Shown piece by piece: positions 40,408-50,590 of a stretch of 64,000 bases of DNA. Numbering within the stretch: the first letter of the stretch is position 1; each line of letters starts with the position of its first letter. The notes below the pieces were generated by a model that saw only the letters and a list, made by a program, of their open reading frames with translations, was not told where the DNA came from and did no database searches. Made by a program: the position numbers and the translations under genes. The stretch comes from an uncultured virus (IMG/VR IMGVR_UViG_3300017963_004045) (taxonomy: Duplodnaviria; Heunggongvirae; Uroviricota; Caudoviricetes): the IMG/VR virus record IMGVR_UViG_3300017963_004045; one strand, given 5' to 3'.

Positions 40408-41577
40408 ATGACAGAAGCAAAGAGCAAGATACTGCTCTGCCCTCACTGTGGAGCAGAGACCTCTCATACCGTAGAGGAGACCGAAGGAAGTGTAATGAAC
40501 ACTTGTAGCCAGTGCGGTCAAGGTCATGGTTATATGACCTTCGGGATAGACCCCAATTTCGGTCAGATGTTCACAGAAATGGTTCGCCAGAGGGCTTGGT
40601 GGGAATGCGAGAGAGATAAAGCAAAACTGATGCTCTTGGAGTCCCTGAAGGGAATCACAGGGAAACAAGCAGACGACATCATTGATGGTAGGATGAAACT
40701 CGTCACTGTAAACAGAGGGACAGTCGAAAGCGTGGAGGACAACTGGACACCGCCATATGAAGAGATGGAGACCGCCAGAGCATACATAGAGGAAACCCTG
40801 CTATTCTGCAAGGTTCACACGGAGAGTTTCAATGAAGAGAAATCGTGTTTCCAGACGGTAAATTGGGCATGGGCAGATATGCTACCCAAAGGAGACAAAC
40901 TCTTTCTGATGAATGAGTCTGATGCTATACGAGACCTGATGAAGCGGAACATCTGGGAAGCCAAAAGTAGAGCCTACACACTGAGGAAGGTTGCCCATGA
41001 CATGATGATAGCGAACTCTGGAGATTTCAAAGAGAAGAGACAGAGGGCTAAGGATAGAGAAAAGGAAGAGCGTAGCGATACGATTCGTGGGTCTGTTCTG
41101 GATAGGGTCTATGATGGTGCAAAGCAGATGATTGAGAACTCAGACTTAGACCCTGAAATGAAAGAAAGGATGATACGCATCAATGAAGGTCAAAAACAGA
41201 GAATGAAAGAGGGCGAGACCAAGATTGTCCCTGATGCTCATTACGACTTCGACACTGGTTGGCTCGATAGGAACGGCATTTACTACGGTTGCGAAGTCGG
41301 TCAACACATCAATCTCGCTCAGGAACTGGCTAAACGATTCGTCAATCCCAAGACCAAGAACGGTGAGAGAGATTTAGAGGTCGCAGGTTGGGTCAAGTGT
41401 TCTGACAAGCGTTGGTATTATGCTCCAGACGATGACCTGCCCCTGAATGAACTTCAATGCAAGGTTCTTGAGGAATGGGCAGAGGTTTGGGCTAAGGATG
41501 GCAAGATAAAATGGAATGGTCGTATGGTCAATGTCTATGAGGTCACAGCCACTAAAGGCGAAGTGGAGAAGTGGTAA
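40408..41577 (+). CDS. Hypothetical protein with N-terminal zinc ribbon and C-terminal GWLxxxG...H...GWVK domain
   Basis: CPHC and CSQC; GWLDRNGIYYGC...H...LEVAGWVK. Confidence 0.7.
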   Translation: MTEAKSKILLCPHCGAETSHTVEETEGSVMNTCSQCGQGHGYMTFGIDPNFGQMFTEMVRQRAWWECERDKAKLMLLESLKGITGKQADDIIDGRMKLVTVNRGTVESVEDNWTPPYEEMETARAYIEETLLFCKVHTESFNEEKSCFQTVNWAWADMLPKGDKLFLMNESDAIRDLMKRNIWEAKSRAYTLRKVAHDMMIANSGDFKEKRQRAKDREKEERSDTIRGSVLDRVYDGAKQMIENSDLDPEMKERMIRINEGQKQRMKEGETKIVPDAHYDFDTGWLDRNGIYYGCEVGQHINLAQELAKRFVNPKTKNGERDLEVAGWVKCSDKRWYYAPDDDLPLNELQCKVLEEWAEVWAKDGKIKWNGRMVNVYEVTATKGEVEKW

Positions 41578-41973
41578 GATGGGAAGGGTTAGAATCAGAG
41601 AATCAACGGCTGTTGCTTTGATTAGAAAGGGCATATGCGGAATAGACGACTTTGAATGGGAGGACAATAGCCAGAGACAGAGCCTCATCAACGAATTCGG
41701 AGGGATTTGAAATGGGCAGAGTCTATCAACTAAGGTGTCAAACCTGCCATGAAAAGATTGATTGGTCGGACAGGGAAGGCGAGGATTTCAGTCAGCACAT
41801 GGATAGAATTACAGAGGAATCCGAAAATCTGGATGAGACATTCTTCTTCGATGAGGCGTTCAACAATTGCGAAGAGTTCGACTCAGAGAAGGATAAGCCA
41901 CTTGATGTCCAGAAACTGAAAGCATGGCTCGACAAACATGAGGGTCACACAATAATATTTGGATGGTGATAAA

Positions 41974-42522
41974 TTGTCAGAAAAGATACTATTTTACTCA
42001 AGGAAGAAGGAATATGGCTTCCTATCAAACTTCGAGCCATCACTGATGATAATTGATGGTAGAAAATACAAGACAAACGAACACTATTATCAGAGCCAGA
42101 AGGCAATTTCTGAGGAAATAAGAGAGTGGATTCGCACAGCCCCGACACCTTTCTTGGCTATGAGGGGTGGGCGTTCCTTAAGAGCATGGGAAATCGAACA
42201 GAACTGGGAATCAATGAAGGAAGTCATCATGCTGAAGGGACTGAGGGAAAAGTTCAGCCAGAACTATCCTCTCCGTAAGAAATTACTGGACACTGGCGAT
42301 GCCACGCTTCATGAGGACAGCCCAAAGGACAAGTATTGGGGAATCAAAGGCAAAGACAGGCTTGGCAAACTTCTAATGCAGGTCAGAGACGAGATTAGGG
42401 AAGGTAAACTACCCCTGAAGGACAAGAGTTGTTCTCTCTGCAAGAAAGAACCAGAAGAAGGGCAGATATGTGGGCGTTGCGATGATTTCAATCATTTTGA
42501 GCCAAAGGAAGGAGTGATTTAG
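41974..42522 (+). CDS. NADAR (YbiA-like) family N-glycosidase / ADP-ribosyl hydrolase with C-terminal zinc finger
   Basis: YGFLSNF, TNEHYYQSQKA, KFSQN..LRKKLLDTG, EDSPKDKYWG, GKDRLGKLLMQVR. Confidence 0.92.
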   Translation: MSEKILFYSRKKEYGFLSNFEPSLMIIDGRKYKTNEHYYQSQKAISEEIREWIRTAPTPFLAMRGGRSLRAWEIEQNWESMKEVIMLKGLREKFSQNYPLRKKLLDTGDATLHEDSPKDKYWGIKGKDRLGKLLMQVRDEIREGKLPLKDKSCSLCKKEPEEGQICGRCDDFNHFEPKEGVI

Positions 42523-42828
42523 ATGCCAAAGAAGAAAGTAAAGAGAAAACGCTGTTATAACTGCGGGAGCAGTCGAGTGAAGAAGAACATGAGATATGAC
42601 CCCTCAAAGAAGAAGTGGCTTTGTATCGACTGTTCAGAGCACAAGTCCTCTACGGAGGCAATGAGAGAGCACAAACCAAGCCTACCACCACCAATCGACT
42701 TCACACCGTTAAGGGAGCACGAAGTCGCAAAGAAGCCATGTCCATCTTGTGATGGCACTATGGTTGACAAGGGGGGCTTCTGGAAGTGCGTGAATTGTGG
42801 AGGCTTCACAAGACTCAGCAACGGATGA
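42523..42828 (+). CDS. Double zinc-ribbon protein
   Basis: Four CxxC pairs. Confidence 0.65.
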   Translation: MPKKKVKRKRCYNCGSSRVKKNMRYDPSKKKWLCIDCSEHKSSTEAMREHKPSLPPPIDFTPLREHEVAKKPCPSCDGTMVDKGGFWKCVNCGGFTRLSNG

Positions 42829-42846
42829 GATTTAACGGGTGTTGAT

Positions 42847-43572
42847 TTGAAGGAAAGCGTCAGGGTTCGGAAGTTGAGGCACAGGATGGGTATATACAGA
42901 GGTATCGAGCAACTGCCCTTCTTCTTCCCAGAATGCGTTGAATTCAAGGATGGGATGTGCCAGAGGACTATAGAATTCTATGGACTGCCAGTGCCGTGTG
43001 TTTGTGATGGGATGACTGGCAGATGCGAAGCCCAGAACCCCATCTATAGTAACCTCTGGCATAGACACCCCAAATACAGAGCATCCCTGAGTTATCGACA
43101 ACTTCAGAGGTTTGCCGAGTTTGTTGAGAGAGAATGTGAAGTCTCGATAAAGAAGAACCAATCCAAACCAGACCTTAGAAGAGATATAATGAAATCCATA
43201 AGACATCAATTGCTCTTCAATAGTAAACTTGAGAAGGTCGAGATGAGGTATGGCACAATCACATACTACAGGAACAAGACTGTCGTAACCTCAGAATGCA
43301 TTCTCAGGGAAAGATTGTTGGAAGATTACATGAAAGATATGAGGAAAGTGCTGGACGATACATTTGGCAAGAACGAGTGCGGGATGAACTACGATAAATA
43401 TTCGGGGGAACTGACCGTCTGGAAAGATGGTGCAGTAATCTTCAGAGTCAAGAGCGACATCTTGGAAAGGGAAACCCCATTGTCTATGGACAAGGCTATG
43501 GTTATGGATATTCAAAGCCAAATGATAGAGCAGGTCATGACGGTCATGGATGCTATGAAGGTGAAAGCATGA
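42847..43572 (+). CDS. Hypothetical protein with shared N-terminal basic peptide
   Basis: TTG start 4 nt after the motif at 42834; begins ESVRVRKLRHRMGI. Confidence 0.7.
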   Translation: MKESVRVRKLRHRMGIYRGIEQLPFFFPECVEFKDGMCQRTIEFYGLPVPCVCDGMTGRCEAQNPIYSNLWHRHPKYRASLSYRQLQRFAEFVERECEVSIKKNQSKPDLRRDIMKSIRHQLLFNSKLEKVEMRYGTITYYRNKTVVTSECILRERLLEDYMKDMRKVLDDTFGKNECGMNYDKYSGELTVWKDGAVIFRVKSDILERETPLSMDKAMVMDIQSQMIEQVMTVMDAMKVKA

Positions 43573-44087
43573 AAGAGACAGAGGAAATAGACTTCAGCAA
43601 ATACCCAGACGCTGTAAAATGTGGGGTATGCGACCACTATCTAACTCTCGGTGAGAGATGCAGAAACGACATCGTAGAAGAGGGCAACACACTCTTTCAC
43701 AGAGCCTGTCTGAAAGGTGCGAAAGCATATCTGAAGAAGAGACAAGGGGAGGGATACCAGATAGACCTTCAGACGATAATCGAGATGGCTCAAGAGTTCG
43801 AGTGTTGTCCTGATTGCGGGAACACAGAGTTTCCCGATACTGTCCATTACTGTCCGAAATGTATGACCCGCATATCTACTCCAGAGGATGCAGTATGGTT
43901 TGCTAAATATCTGGAGAACAAATTCAAGAACATACCTCACTGTCCGCAATGTAATAAGAAGATGAGGCTGAAGGGAACAGAGGACGGGCTGAAGGCATAT
44001 GGCTGTGATGATTGCGACATCATAGACTGGTTCTGTGGTAAATGTGGCATGGAGAAGAGCCTTTGCAGTTGTAAGGAGGCAGAGTAA
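43569..44087 (+). CDS. Multi-zinc-finger protein
   Basis: Six or more CxxC pairs. Confidence 0.7.
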   Translation: MKETEEIDFSKYPDAVKCGVCDHYLTLGERCRNDIVEEGNTLFHRACLKGAKAYLKKRQGEGYQIDLQTIIEMAQEFECCPDCGNTEFPDTVHYCPKCMTRISTPEDAVWFAKYLENKFKNIPHCPQCNKKMRLKGTEDGLKAYGCDDCDIIDWFCGKCGMEKSLCSCKEAE

Positions 44088-45266
44088 TGGATAATAGATG
44101 CAAAGCAAGGAATTGCATTTGGAACAATCAAAGCAACCCAGAAGGTTGCGACACAGGGGCTACTGTCTACATTGACGAAGATGGGAAATGCAGTGGCTTT
44201 GAGACTAAGGAGGAATGAAAATGGGAACACTATATGTATTCGTAAACATAGGAGACAGGAAATATCTCGACCTTCCCGCAGGGAAATTAGCCGAGATAAA
44301 AGGATGCCAGATGTGTAAGGACATGATAGCACAATATCTGACTGGGTTTTACTCAGGCGGGAGTAGTGCCGACATCTGCTTCATAGAAAATGTGAGATTC
44401 TACGACAAATTGAACAAAGAGCATGAGTTTGAGGACATCACAGCAGATGTTCTATTCGACATGTTTGAGGATGGCTATCAGCCTAAATTCCATCAGTTCA
44501 ACTGGATATACAAGAAATTCGAGGAAAAAGGACGGCTAAAAGACCTTACAAGATGGTTCGAGGAATGGGACAAGAAAAAGAAATAACGGGTGTTAGATTG
44601 AAGGGAACAATGACCTTAGAAGAAGCACTGACTGAAATGGAGCGAAACACCTTCGAGTTCACAGAAGAGAGAAGAAATCACTTCATCAACCTATGGAACA
44701 TCTTCCAGAAGAACAGAGCCAAAGGCATCTACACAGAAGGGCACATCTTCCACAACGCCAGTGATAAGGACTTCGTTCTGACACTCTGTATTGAATTCAA
44801 TGACCTGTTCGTTAACATATCAAGAATGGAAGCCAGTAGCGACAGAAAGATATGGAGAATGTTTCACGAGAAAGGTCATCTGACAGATAAAGAACTGAAG
44901 AAAAAAATCAACCAAATCAACTATCGGCTGAAGAAGAAAACCGAGATACCAGACAGATTCGATAATGAACTAATCAAGATTGCAAACATAGGAAACTGAA
45001 GGAGGAAAAAATATGGCAGGTAAAGACGGAATAGACTTCAAAATGGAGAAGCAGGACATAAAAGTAATACAGAAAGAAGTGAAAGTAGGTGAGTGTAAGG
45101 ACTTCAAGATACCTCTACCGCCCCACAATCAAGTGATTAGGGGCTGTAAAATATCAGAGGATGTCATAGAAGCCACGCAGATAAAGATAGACAAGAAAAC
45201 GAAGGAGGAAACAGCACTATCGAAATACAGATATGAAAAGAACAAAGGAATCAAGAAATTAGAGGT

Positions 45267-45554
45267 ATGAAGGAGCGTGATGACATGGCTGAGGGCGATA
45301 AAACAAGCATCACCATCAAGAAGGGGTCAACTGAGCGTCTCAACAGTCTCAAGAGGAAGTTGTCATTCGAGAAAGACAAAGATTTATCTATCGATGACAC
45401 AATACAGTTCCTCTTGGATTACTACGAAGAGAACTCCAAAAATGTTGAAGAAGAGGGAGAGCCAGATGACAAACCCGAAGATGAGGATGAAGAGGAATCT
45501 CCGTTTGAAAAATTCGGAGACGAAGATAAGGAAAAGAGAAAGAAGAGCAAGTAG
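45267..45554 (+). CDS. Ribbon-helix-helix / archaeal antitoxin-like DNA-binding protein with acidic tail
   Basis: KTSITIKKGSTERLNSLK...SIDDTIQFLLD. Confidence 0.6.
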   Translation: MKERDDMAEGDKTSITIKKGSTERLNSLKRKLSFEKDKDLSIDDTIQFLLDYYEENSKNVEEEGEPDDKPEDEDEEESPFEKFGDEDKEKRKKSK

Positions 45555-45702
45555 GGTCTGGGGAATTGAATACAAACCTCGTGGTCATCTGAGGAAGTGG
45601 AATATGGTGTGTTCCTGTTCCATGTGCCGAGACCAGAAGTTCAAAGACAAGGGCTTTAGCAAGTCTCGTAACAGGGAACTTAGGTTCAGACTATCCACAT
45701 GA
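45481..45702 (+). CDS. Small basic CSCxMC protein overlapping the previous gene
   Basis: MRMKRNLRLKNSETKIRKRERR...VCSCSMCRDQK fills the otherwise empty 45555-45702. Confidence 0.5.
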   Translation: MRMKRNLRLKNSETKIRKRERRASRVWGIEYKPRGHLRKWNMVCSCSMCRDQKFKDKGFSKSRNRELRFRLST

Positions 45703-45906
45703 ATATTCCGCAACCGATGATATAACCAAGCGGTGAGCCAATCCAAAAGGAAGGTGCAGGATGGATGCTGAAGATTGCTTCATGAGGGTAAAGTGGGTCT
45801 CAGAAGAAATAGAGTGCACTCCAGAGGAACTTATATCTGCGATAGAATGCAACATCACTCATGAAGAAATTAAAGCCCAAATAGAAGCAATGAGGGGAGA
45901 TAGCAA

Positions 45907-46788
45907 ATGACCCTGATGGCAATCTGTGGTCTTGGGTATGACGAACTTTGCGATAAGATAAAGAAAGGAACATGCCCTGAAGCACACAGAATAGGAGTAA
46001 ATCCAGATAACCTGAATTCTTATGCTTTAGTTTTCAGAAACGGAGGAGTCACATACTGCTACCAGAACTACTGTAAACATCAAATGGGTGTATGTGAGAT
46101 TAAGTTCGATTGGCTAACCTACCGACTCAACTTGACCGAAAAGGAAGAAGCATTTCTGAAGAGAATGGGTTGGGACTTTCTACTCGATGAAATATGGGTG
46201 AGGGCGAATTCGTTCTATCCAATCTCAGGTGGAATAGAGGACTATTATGAAGGGACAGTTCCTGCCAGACCATTCGGTATGTTTGCAGAGGAAGGAGACA
46301 TCATAGTATATTATGAATATGATGAAGGCGGGGGAAAGAGATTCTATGATGCCCCAGACGGATTAAAGAGTGCAAGGCTTCGCAAGATGGCAATCAAACT
46401 AAACACGCTGAAATCTTCAGAGGACGAAGAGTTCTGGTCAGATAGGTTCTCAGTGGTCGAGCAATACGAGGTGGATAACGCAGACAACTGTTATCCGTAT
46501 GGGGTAATAATAAAGCACCCAAAGAACACCCCGTTCAACCTACTGGAATATACCTATCAGAAGAACCTGTTCGGCAAGTTTACACACATCATGAGACACG
46601 ATTTAACACCAGATGACTTAATGGGGATAGCGAGGAAACTGGGTTCTGAGAATTATGAGGCTATACTGAAGAAGCCAGAGATTGCGGAGACGATATTCAG
46701 AGAAGGAAGAATATACCTTTCATCATTTCACCCAAACCAACACAGGTTGGAATTAGAAGGAGTTGATATAGTTGGTCAGACAGATTGA
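45907..46788 (+). CDS. Hypothetical protein
   Basis: 293-aa ORF with GGGGAG RBS. Confidence 0.7.
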   Translation: MTLMAICGLGYDELCDKIKKGTCPEAHRIGVNPDNLNSYALVFRNGGVTYCYQNYCKHQMGVCEIKFDWLTYRLNLTEKEEAFLKRMGWDFLLDEIWVRANSFYPISGGIEDYYEGTVPARPFGMFAEEGDIIVYYEYDEGGGKRFYDAPDGLKSARLRKMAIKLNTLKSSEDEEFWSDRFSVVEQYEVDNADNCYPYGVIIKHPKNTPFNLLEYTYQKNLFGKFTHIMRHDLTPDDLMGIARKLGSENYEAILKKPEIAETIFREGRIYLSSFHPNQHRLELEGVDIVGQTD

Positions 46789-46944
46789 AATATCATGTAA
46801 AAGGTTCAAGGACTGCGACCCAGACGGTAAGCCATGCAAACTCGTGGAGACTATATTGGAAAACCTCGAAAGAGGGGATGAAGTCTGGTGCGGTTCTGGA
46901 ATCATAGAGAAGATAAACTGGACAGATAGATAGGAGTTGGTCAA

Positions 46945-47208
46945 ATGTCGAAAGAAAGAATGATACTAATAACCAAGAAGGAATGCAAAAAATGTGAGTA
47001 TGTGAAGAGCAAGATACCAGAAGGGATGGATATACTCATGCTTGACGCTGAAACAAAAGAGGGCATGAGTTATCTGGCACTTGCCGAAAGCATAGGGAAG
47101 CCTATGCCCATACTCTTGAAAGAGAATGGCAAATTCGAGCCAGATAAGGTCGAAGGTGCTATTAACATCAAGAATGCAATTCTGGATGCTTGGAAGAATA
47201 ACGGTTGA
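46945..47208 (+). CDS. Glutaredoxin/thioredoxin-fold protein
   Basis: LITKKECKKCEYVK (CxxC) and the cis-Pro-like MPILL. Confidence 0.65.
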   Translation: MSKERMILITKKECKKCEYVKSKIPEGMDILMLDAETKEGMSYLALAESIGKPMPILLKENGKFEPDKVEGAINIKNAILDAWKNNG

Positions 47209-47831
47209 AGAATACCCAGACAGGTAAAGGGGGTGCAGTCATCAGAGCAGAGATAGTGGAAATCAAATCGAGGAAGGTCAAGAGGAAGGATGTAGACCTG
47301 CCCAAGAGAGTAGAGTTGATAGCAGAGAACAAGGACGAGGAAATACTATTGTCCTACATAGTGAAGATGTCCAGCGTTGACGCATTCAAACCGACAATGA
47401 AGAAAATGCAAGAAATGATACGGGAAGGAATCTTGGAGCAGGATGGTAAGGAGTGGAAGTTCAACATGCATAAGGTAATGCAGGAAACCACCCCAGACAT
47501 AATGTTTGGATAGAAACAACGGGTGTTAGAACACTTACGGTGATGTCCAGTTCCGATTTATATACTTATGAAATCATAGGAGAATAGCAATGGCAAAGCA
47601 AGTAAAATACTGTCAAATCTGTAAACAATTCCATGCTGACGGGATGTGCGAAGGCAGTCCAGTCGGGGTAGTAAGATACCAGAGGAAGAGTCCACAAGAA
47701 CTTGACACAATGAGAAAGATATTCGAGGATAAATTCGATGATAAATGCCTTAACATAAAGGAGACCAAGAAAGCCTATGTATTCAAGTTTACAAATAGGC
47801 GACCATATGTAGTTCCAAAGGAGAAGAACTG

Positions 47832-48278
47832 ATGAGCCAGAAGAATGTGGTAATGTATCATGATACCACAATAGACCACCTCCAAGAGATATTGATGAAA
47901 GGACTTAAGGCTCAGAAGCCATTCAAGAGGGAAAGGAAACCAAATGGTGTATATCTGACGACATCCAGATTCAGATGGATGTTCTGGGCTACGGATAGGC
48001 ATGTATACATCGAAACCATGAAGGACTGCGAGAAGATACCGCTTGGAGTAGAAATCAAGGTTAACACAACTGGTCTTGAAGTTGTTCCAGATGGGACATT
48101 CGGATACGCAAAAGACGAAGATAAGGTAGAACCAGACAAAGACTTCATATGCCTTCAGGACATATCGCCTGATAGAATTGTTGAGGTCTTGGTGGAGAAG
48201 AGGACAGACCCAACAAAGTTCGGGGGGTTTGAACCGATAGACATTCAAGAATATATAACGGGTGTTGAAAGTGTCTAA
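47832..48278 (+). CDS. ADP-ribosyltransferase-fold protein (Tpt1/KptA/DarT-like)
   Basis: MYHDTT...EILMKGLK...GVYLTT...DISPDRI. Confidence 0.65.
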   Translation: MSQKNVVMYHDTTIDHLQEILMKGLKAQKPFKRERKPNGVYLTTSRFRWMFWATDRHVYIETMKDCEKIPLGVEIKVNTTGLEVVPDGTFGYAKDEDKVEPDKDFICLQDISPDRIVEVLVEKRTDPTKFGGFEPIDIQEYITGVESV

Positions 48279-48624
48279 GAAAAGTTCAACAGCAATCGCA
48301 TCAGAGAGAGAAGCACTCAGGGAAAGTCAACTAAAGGAGGAAGGCTGGATAACCACCAGAGTAACCAAGAAGAGTCGTTGGTCAGAAGGCAAGGACTTCT
48401 TTGGGATAGGGGATATAATAGCCCTGAAGCCAGACAGGATAAGGATTTGCAATGTATCAAGTTATAATGCATATGGCAAAGTAGAGGAAATGGTTATTTG
48501 GCTAAGAAATAACAAAGGTAAGATTCCACCGAATGTTGAGGTAGAAGTCTCTGTCTGGAAGCCCCCTTCAAAGACGCTTGGTGAGAGGTTCATAGTTACC
48601 CTAATAACACAGGATGAGGTCTGA
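48271..48624 (+). CDS. PD-(D/E)xK nuclease, archaeal Holliday-junction-resolvase-like
   Basis: E...LKEEGWITTR...DFFGIGDIIALK; the final catalytic motif is degenerate (CNVS); GTG start after the motif at 48257. Confidence 0.5.
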   Translation: MSKKSSTAIASEREALRESQLKEEGWITTRVTKKSRWSEGKDFFGIGDIIALKPDRIRICNVSSYNAYGKVEEMVIWLRNNKGKIPPNVEVEVSVWKPPSKTLGERFIVTLITQDEV

Positions 48625-48969
48625 TGATAAAGGAAGGTAAGTTACTTTGCGATGATTGTGGGCATCAGATTAAGGCACTACGGGGCGATAGAGCCTTAGG
48701 CGAGGCAGGAGGTTGGACGGACTATAGAACGGCTCAGAAGCATATCTGTATGACCTGTAGCGACAAGAAATGGGATGAGTTGTGGAAACAAGCCGACCCC
48801 TGCGGTCAATGTGAGACACAGCCTTGTGAGAGGGGTAGGGACTGTTGGTGGAATCCTTCCTTCGGCACTTGGTATCCTTATGAGACTTATTTTGCGGAGA
48901 GAGTTAAGAAGCCAAAGGCAAGAAAAGAAAAACCGCAGATGAAATTAAAGATAATAGGAGGAAAAGCAG

Positions 48970-49482
48970 ATGACATTAGAGCATCCAGAGAAATTGAAAG
49001 CCATAAGTTTCGCATGGACAACCCCATCAGTAGTGGCAGAGAGGAAAAGACACACCCGTAGGTTCTGGAAGCCACACTATGCTAAGAGGTGGCACAAAGG
49101 CGACTTAGCGTGGGCATTGTCCCGACAGTATCAATACGGTGGGGAACGGGTAGCAATAATAGAGATTCAAGAAGAGCCATACGAGGAAAACCTGAAGGTC
49201 TGGGATAAAAGAGAAGAGGAATTCTACGAGTTAGAGGGGTTCGGATTCTTAGATGACAAGAAAATCGCTCCAGCAAATGCCCTGTCACCCCTAATGCAGA
49301 TGACTCATTGGTGGCTCGATACTTGCGAAAGCCCGTTTGTAGTCGAATTTAAGCCACGCAAGATAGATGAAGAGATGAGAGAGAAATACACTCAGCCAGA
49401 GGTAATCAAGAATTGCCGTGAGAACCTGTTCAAGAGCCTAACCGATATGACAATAGAAGAATATGTAAAGGCGGTAGCATGA
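48970..49482 (+). CDS. ASCH-domain protein
   Basis: ISFAW...KRHTRRFW...KGD...EGF...FVVEF. Confidence 0.65.
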   Translation: MTLEHPEKLKAISFAWTTPSVVAERKRHTRRFWKPHYAKRWHKGDLAWALSRQYQYGGERVAIIEIQEEPYEENLKVWDKREEEFYELEGFGFLDDKKIAPANALSPLMQMTHWWLDTCESPFVVEFKPRKIDEEMREKYTQPEVIKNCRENLFKSLTDMTIEEYVKAVA

Positions 49483-49826
49483 GCACACAGAGAAGAATTA
49501 CGATTGAAAACATCACTGACCCAGAGGAAGCGGAAAAGGTCGAAGAGAGCCTGAAAGTTGCAAAACGCAACTTAGAGGATGAGATAGAGGTTGACAGGTC
49601 TAAAGCCAGAAACACAAGATATTACAAAGAAGAGTGGGATTGCGTCCCAATCAAGATATTCTGCATCCCGCATGGCTCAATAGAAGATAAGAACCTGACG
49701 CTTAAGATTGTAAGCATATTCGACCTTTCTGAAGTTGCTGAGGAACTCCCAGACCCACACGCTCTCGAAAGGGAAATATCTCATTGGAACAATCTTCTGT
49801 CGAAAGCACTTGCCTCACTTGTATAA
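49479..49826 (+). CDS. Hypothetical protein (last gene of the + strand run)
   Basis: 115-aa ORF. Confidence 0.6.
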   Translation: MSTQRRITIENITDPEEAEKVEESLKVAKRNLEDEIEVDRSKARNTRYYKEEWDCVPIKIFCIPHGSIEDKNLTLKIVSIFDLSEVAEELPDPHALEREISHWNNLLSKALASLV

Positions 49827-49833
49827 AGAGAAA

Positions 49834-49948
49834 GGGGTGGGCAGTGATAATGCCTATCATTCGTCAATGACTGGCATAGGGACTCATAATCACAGTGCCC
49901 CAGACTGAGGTATACCTATTATTCTGCCCACTGGTCAGACCGTTGACC
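49834..49948 (-). ncRNA. Candidate multibranched ncRNA
   Basis: Closing stem GTGGGCAG/CTGCCCAC with two internal hairpins; minus-strand TATA at 49973-49981 and a T-rich run after 49834. Confidence 0.5.
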
Positions 49949-50221
49949 GATTAATATATAAAACACCCGAACTATATAAAACTAACGGGTGTTACTTTTT
50001 ACCCTGTTAGACGCATAGAAACGCATAGCAGGGGCAGGGGAACGGGTTCGTTGCCCCTGTGTCTCAACCGTTAAGACAGTTTAGACATTTTAAGCCAGAC
50101 GACTCTCAAAGAAAACAACACCCGTTACTTTCTTCCGTGAATGAGCAAATATATGCTCACTAAGACCCTTAGACGGGGGCATCTTCTCCGCACATACGCA
50201 TGACACATACGCACATGCAAG

Positions 50222-50386
50222 TCAATATGATAGCCATCCCTGAGTCCTATCGTATCGCTCTGGCTCTCTACCTTTTTTGACTAAGGCTCTATTTCTCAAT
50301 CGATGAGACCTTCGATGATGTCGTCTAACCCATGACTTTTCTTTATCGAACCAGTTCGGCTCGTATTTCCTGATAGTGCGTGACAT
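50222..50386 (-). CDS. Small basic protein (54 aa, MSRTIRKY...RRHHRRSHR...GWLSY)
   Basis: Translated manually; GGTGA RBS upstream. Confidence 0.65.
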   Translation of the reverse strand: MSRTIRKYEPNWFDKEKSWVRRHHRRSHRLRNRALVKKGREPERYDRTQGWLSY

Positions 50387-50590
50387 CTCAGAGCGTCATT
50401 TCACCTGCCTAACATCGACTGACTGAACTGGATGAACCTCTAATACAATCTCCTTCTGACTTAGTGGGTAGCCTATTTCCTGCCTCATTTTGGGCGTAAT
50501 CGGGCAAACTATCTCTATCATTTCTGGATTGCCTAAACTGTCTATGTTTTTTTGTATGACCCTACAGTTCTCATACGGTTCATAGTCCAT

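Noticed and set aside
45710..45778. Second C/D-box-like RNA (ATGATAT ... CTGA with a short terminal stem)
   Set aside because: The 3' half overlaps a plausible 49-aa ORF (45761..45910) with its own RBS, the internal boxes are poor and the stem is weak
138..49615. Numerous minus-strand ORFs in the track (e.g. 6944..7414, 20245..20772, 33278..33868, 40042..40668)
   Set aside because: Antisense shadows of purine-rich + genes with Ser/Phe/Leu-rich composition and no RBS; the same applies to + strand ORFs beyond 53 kb
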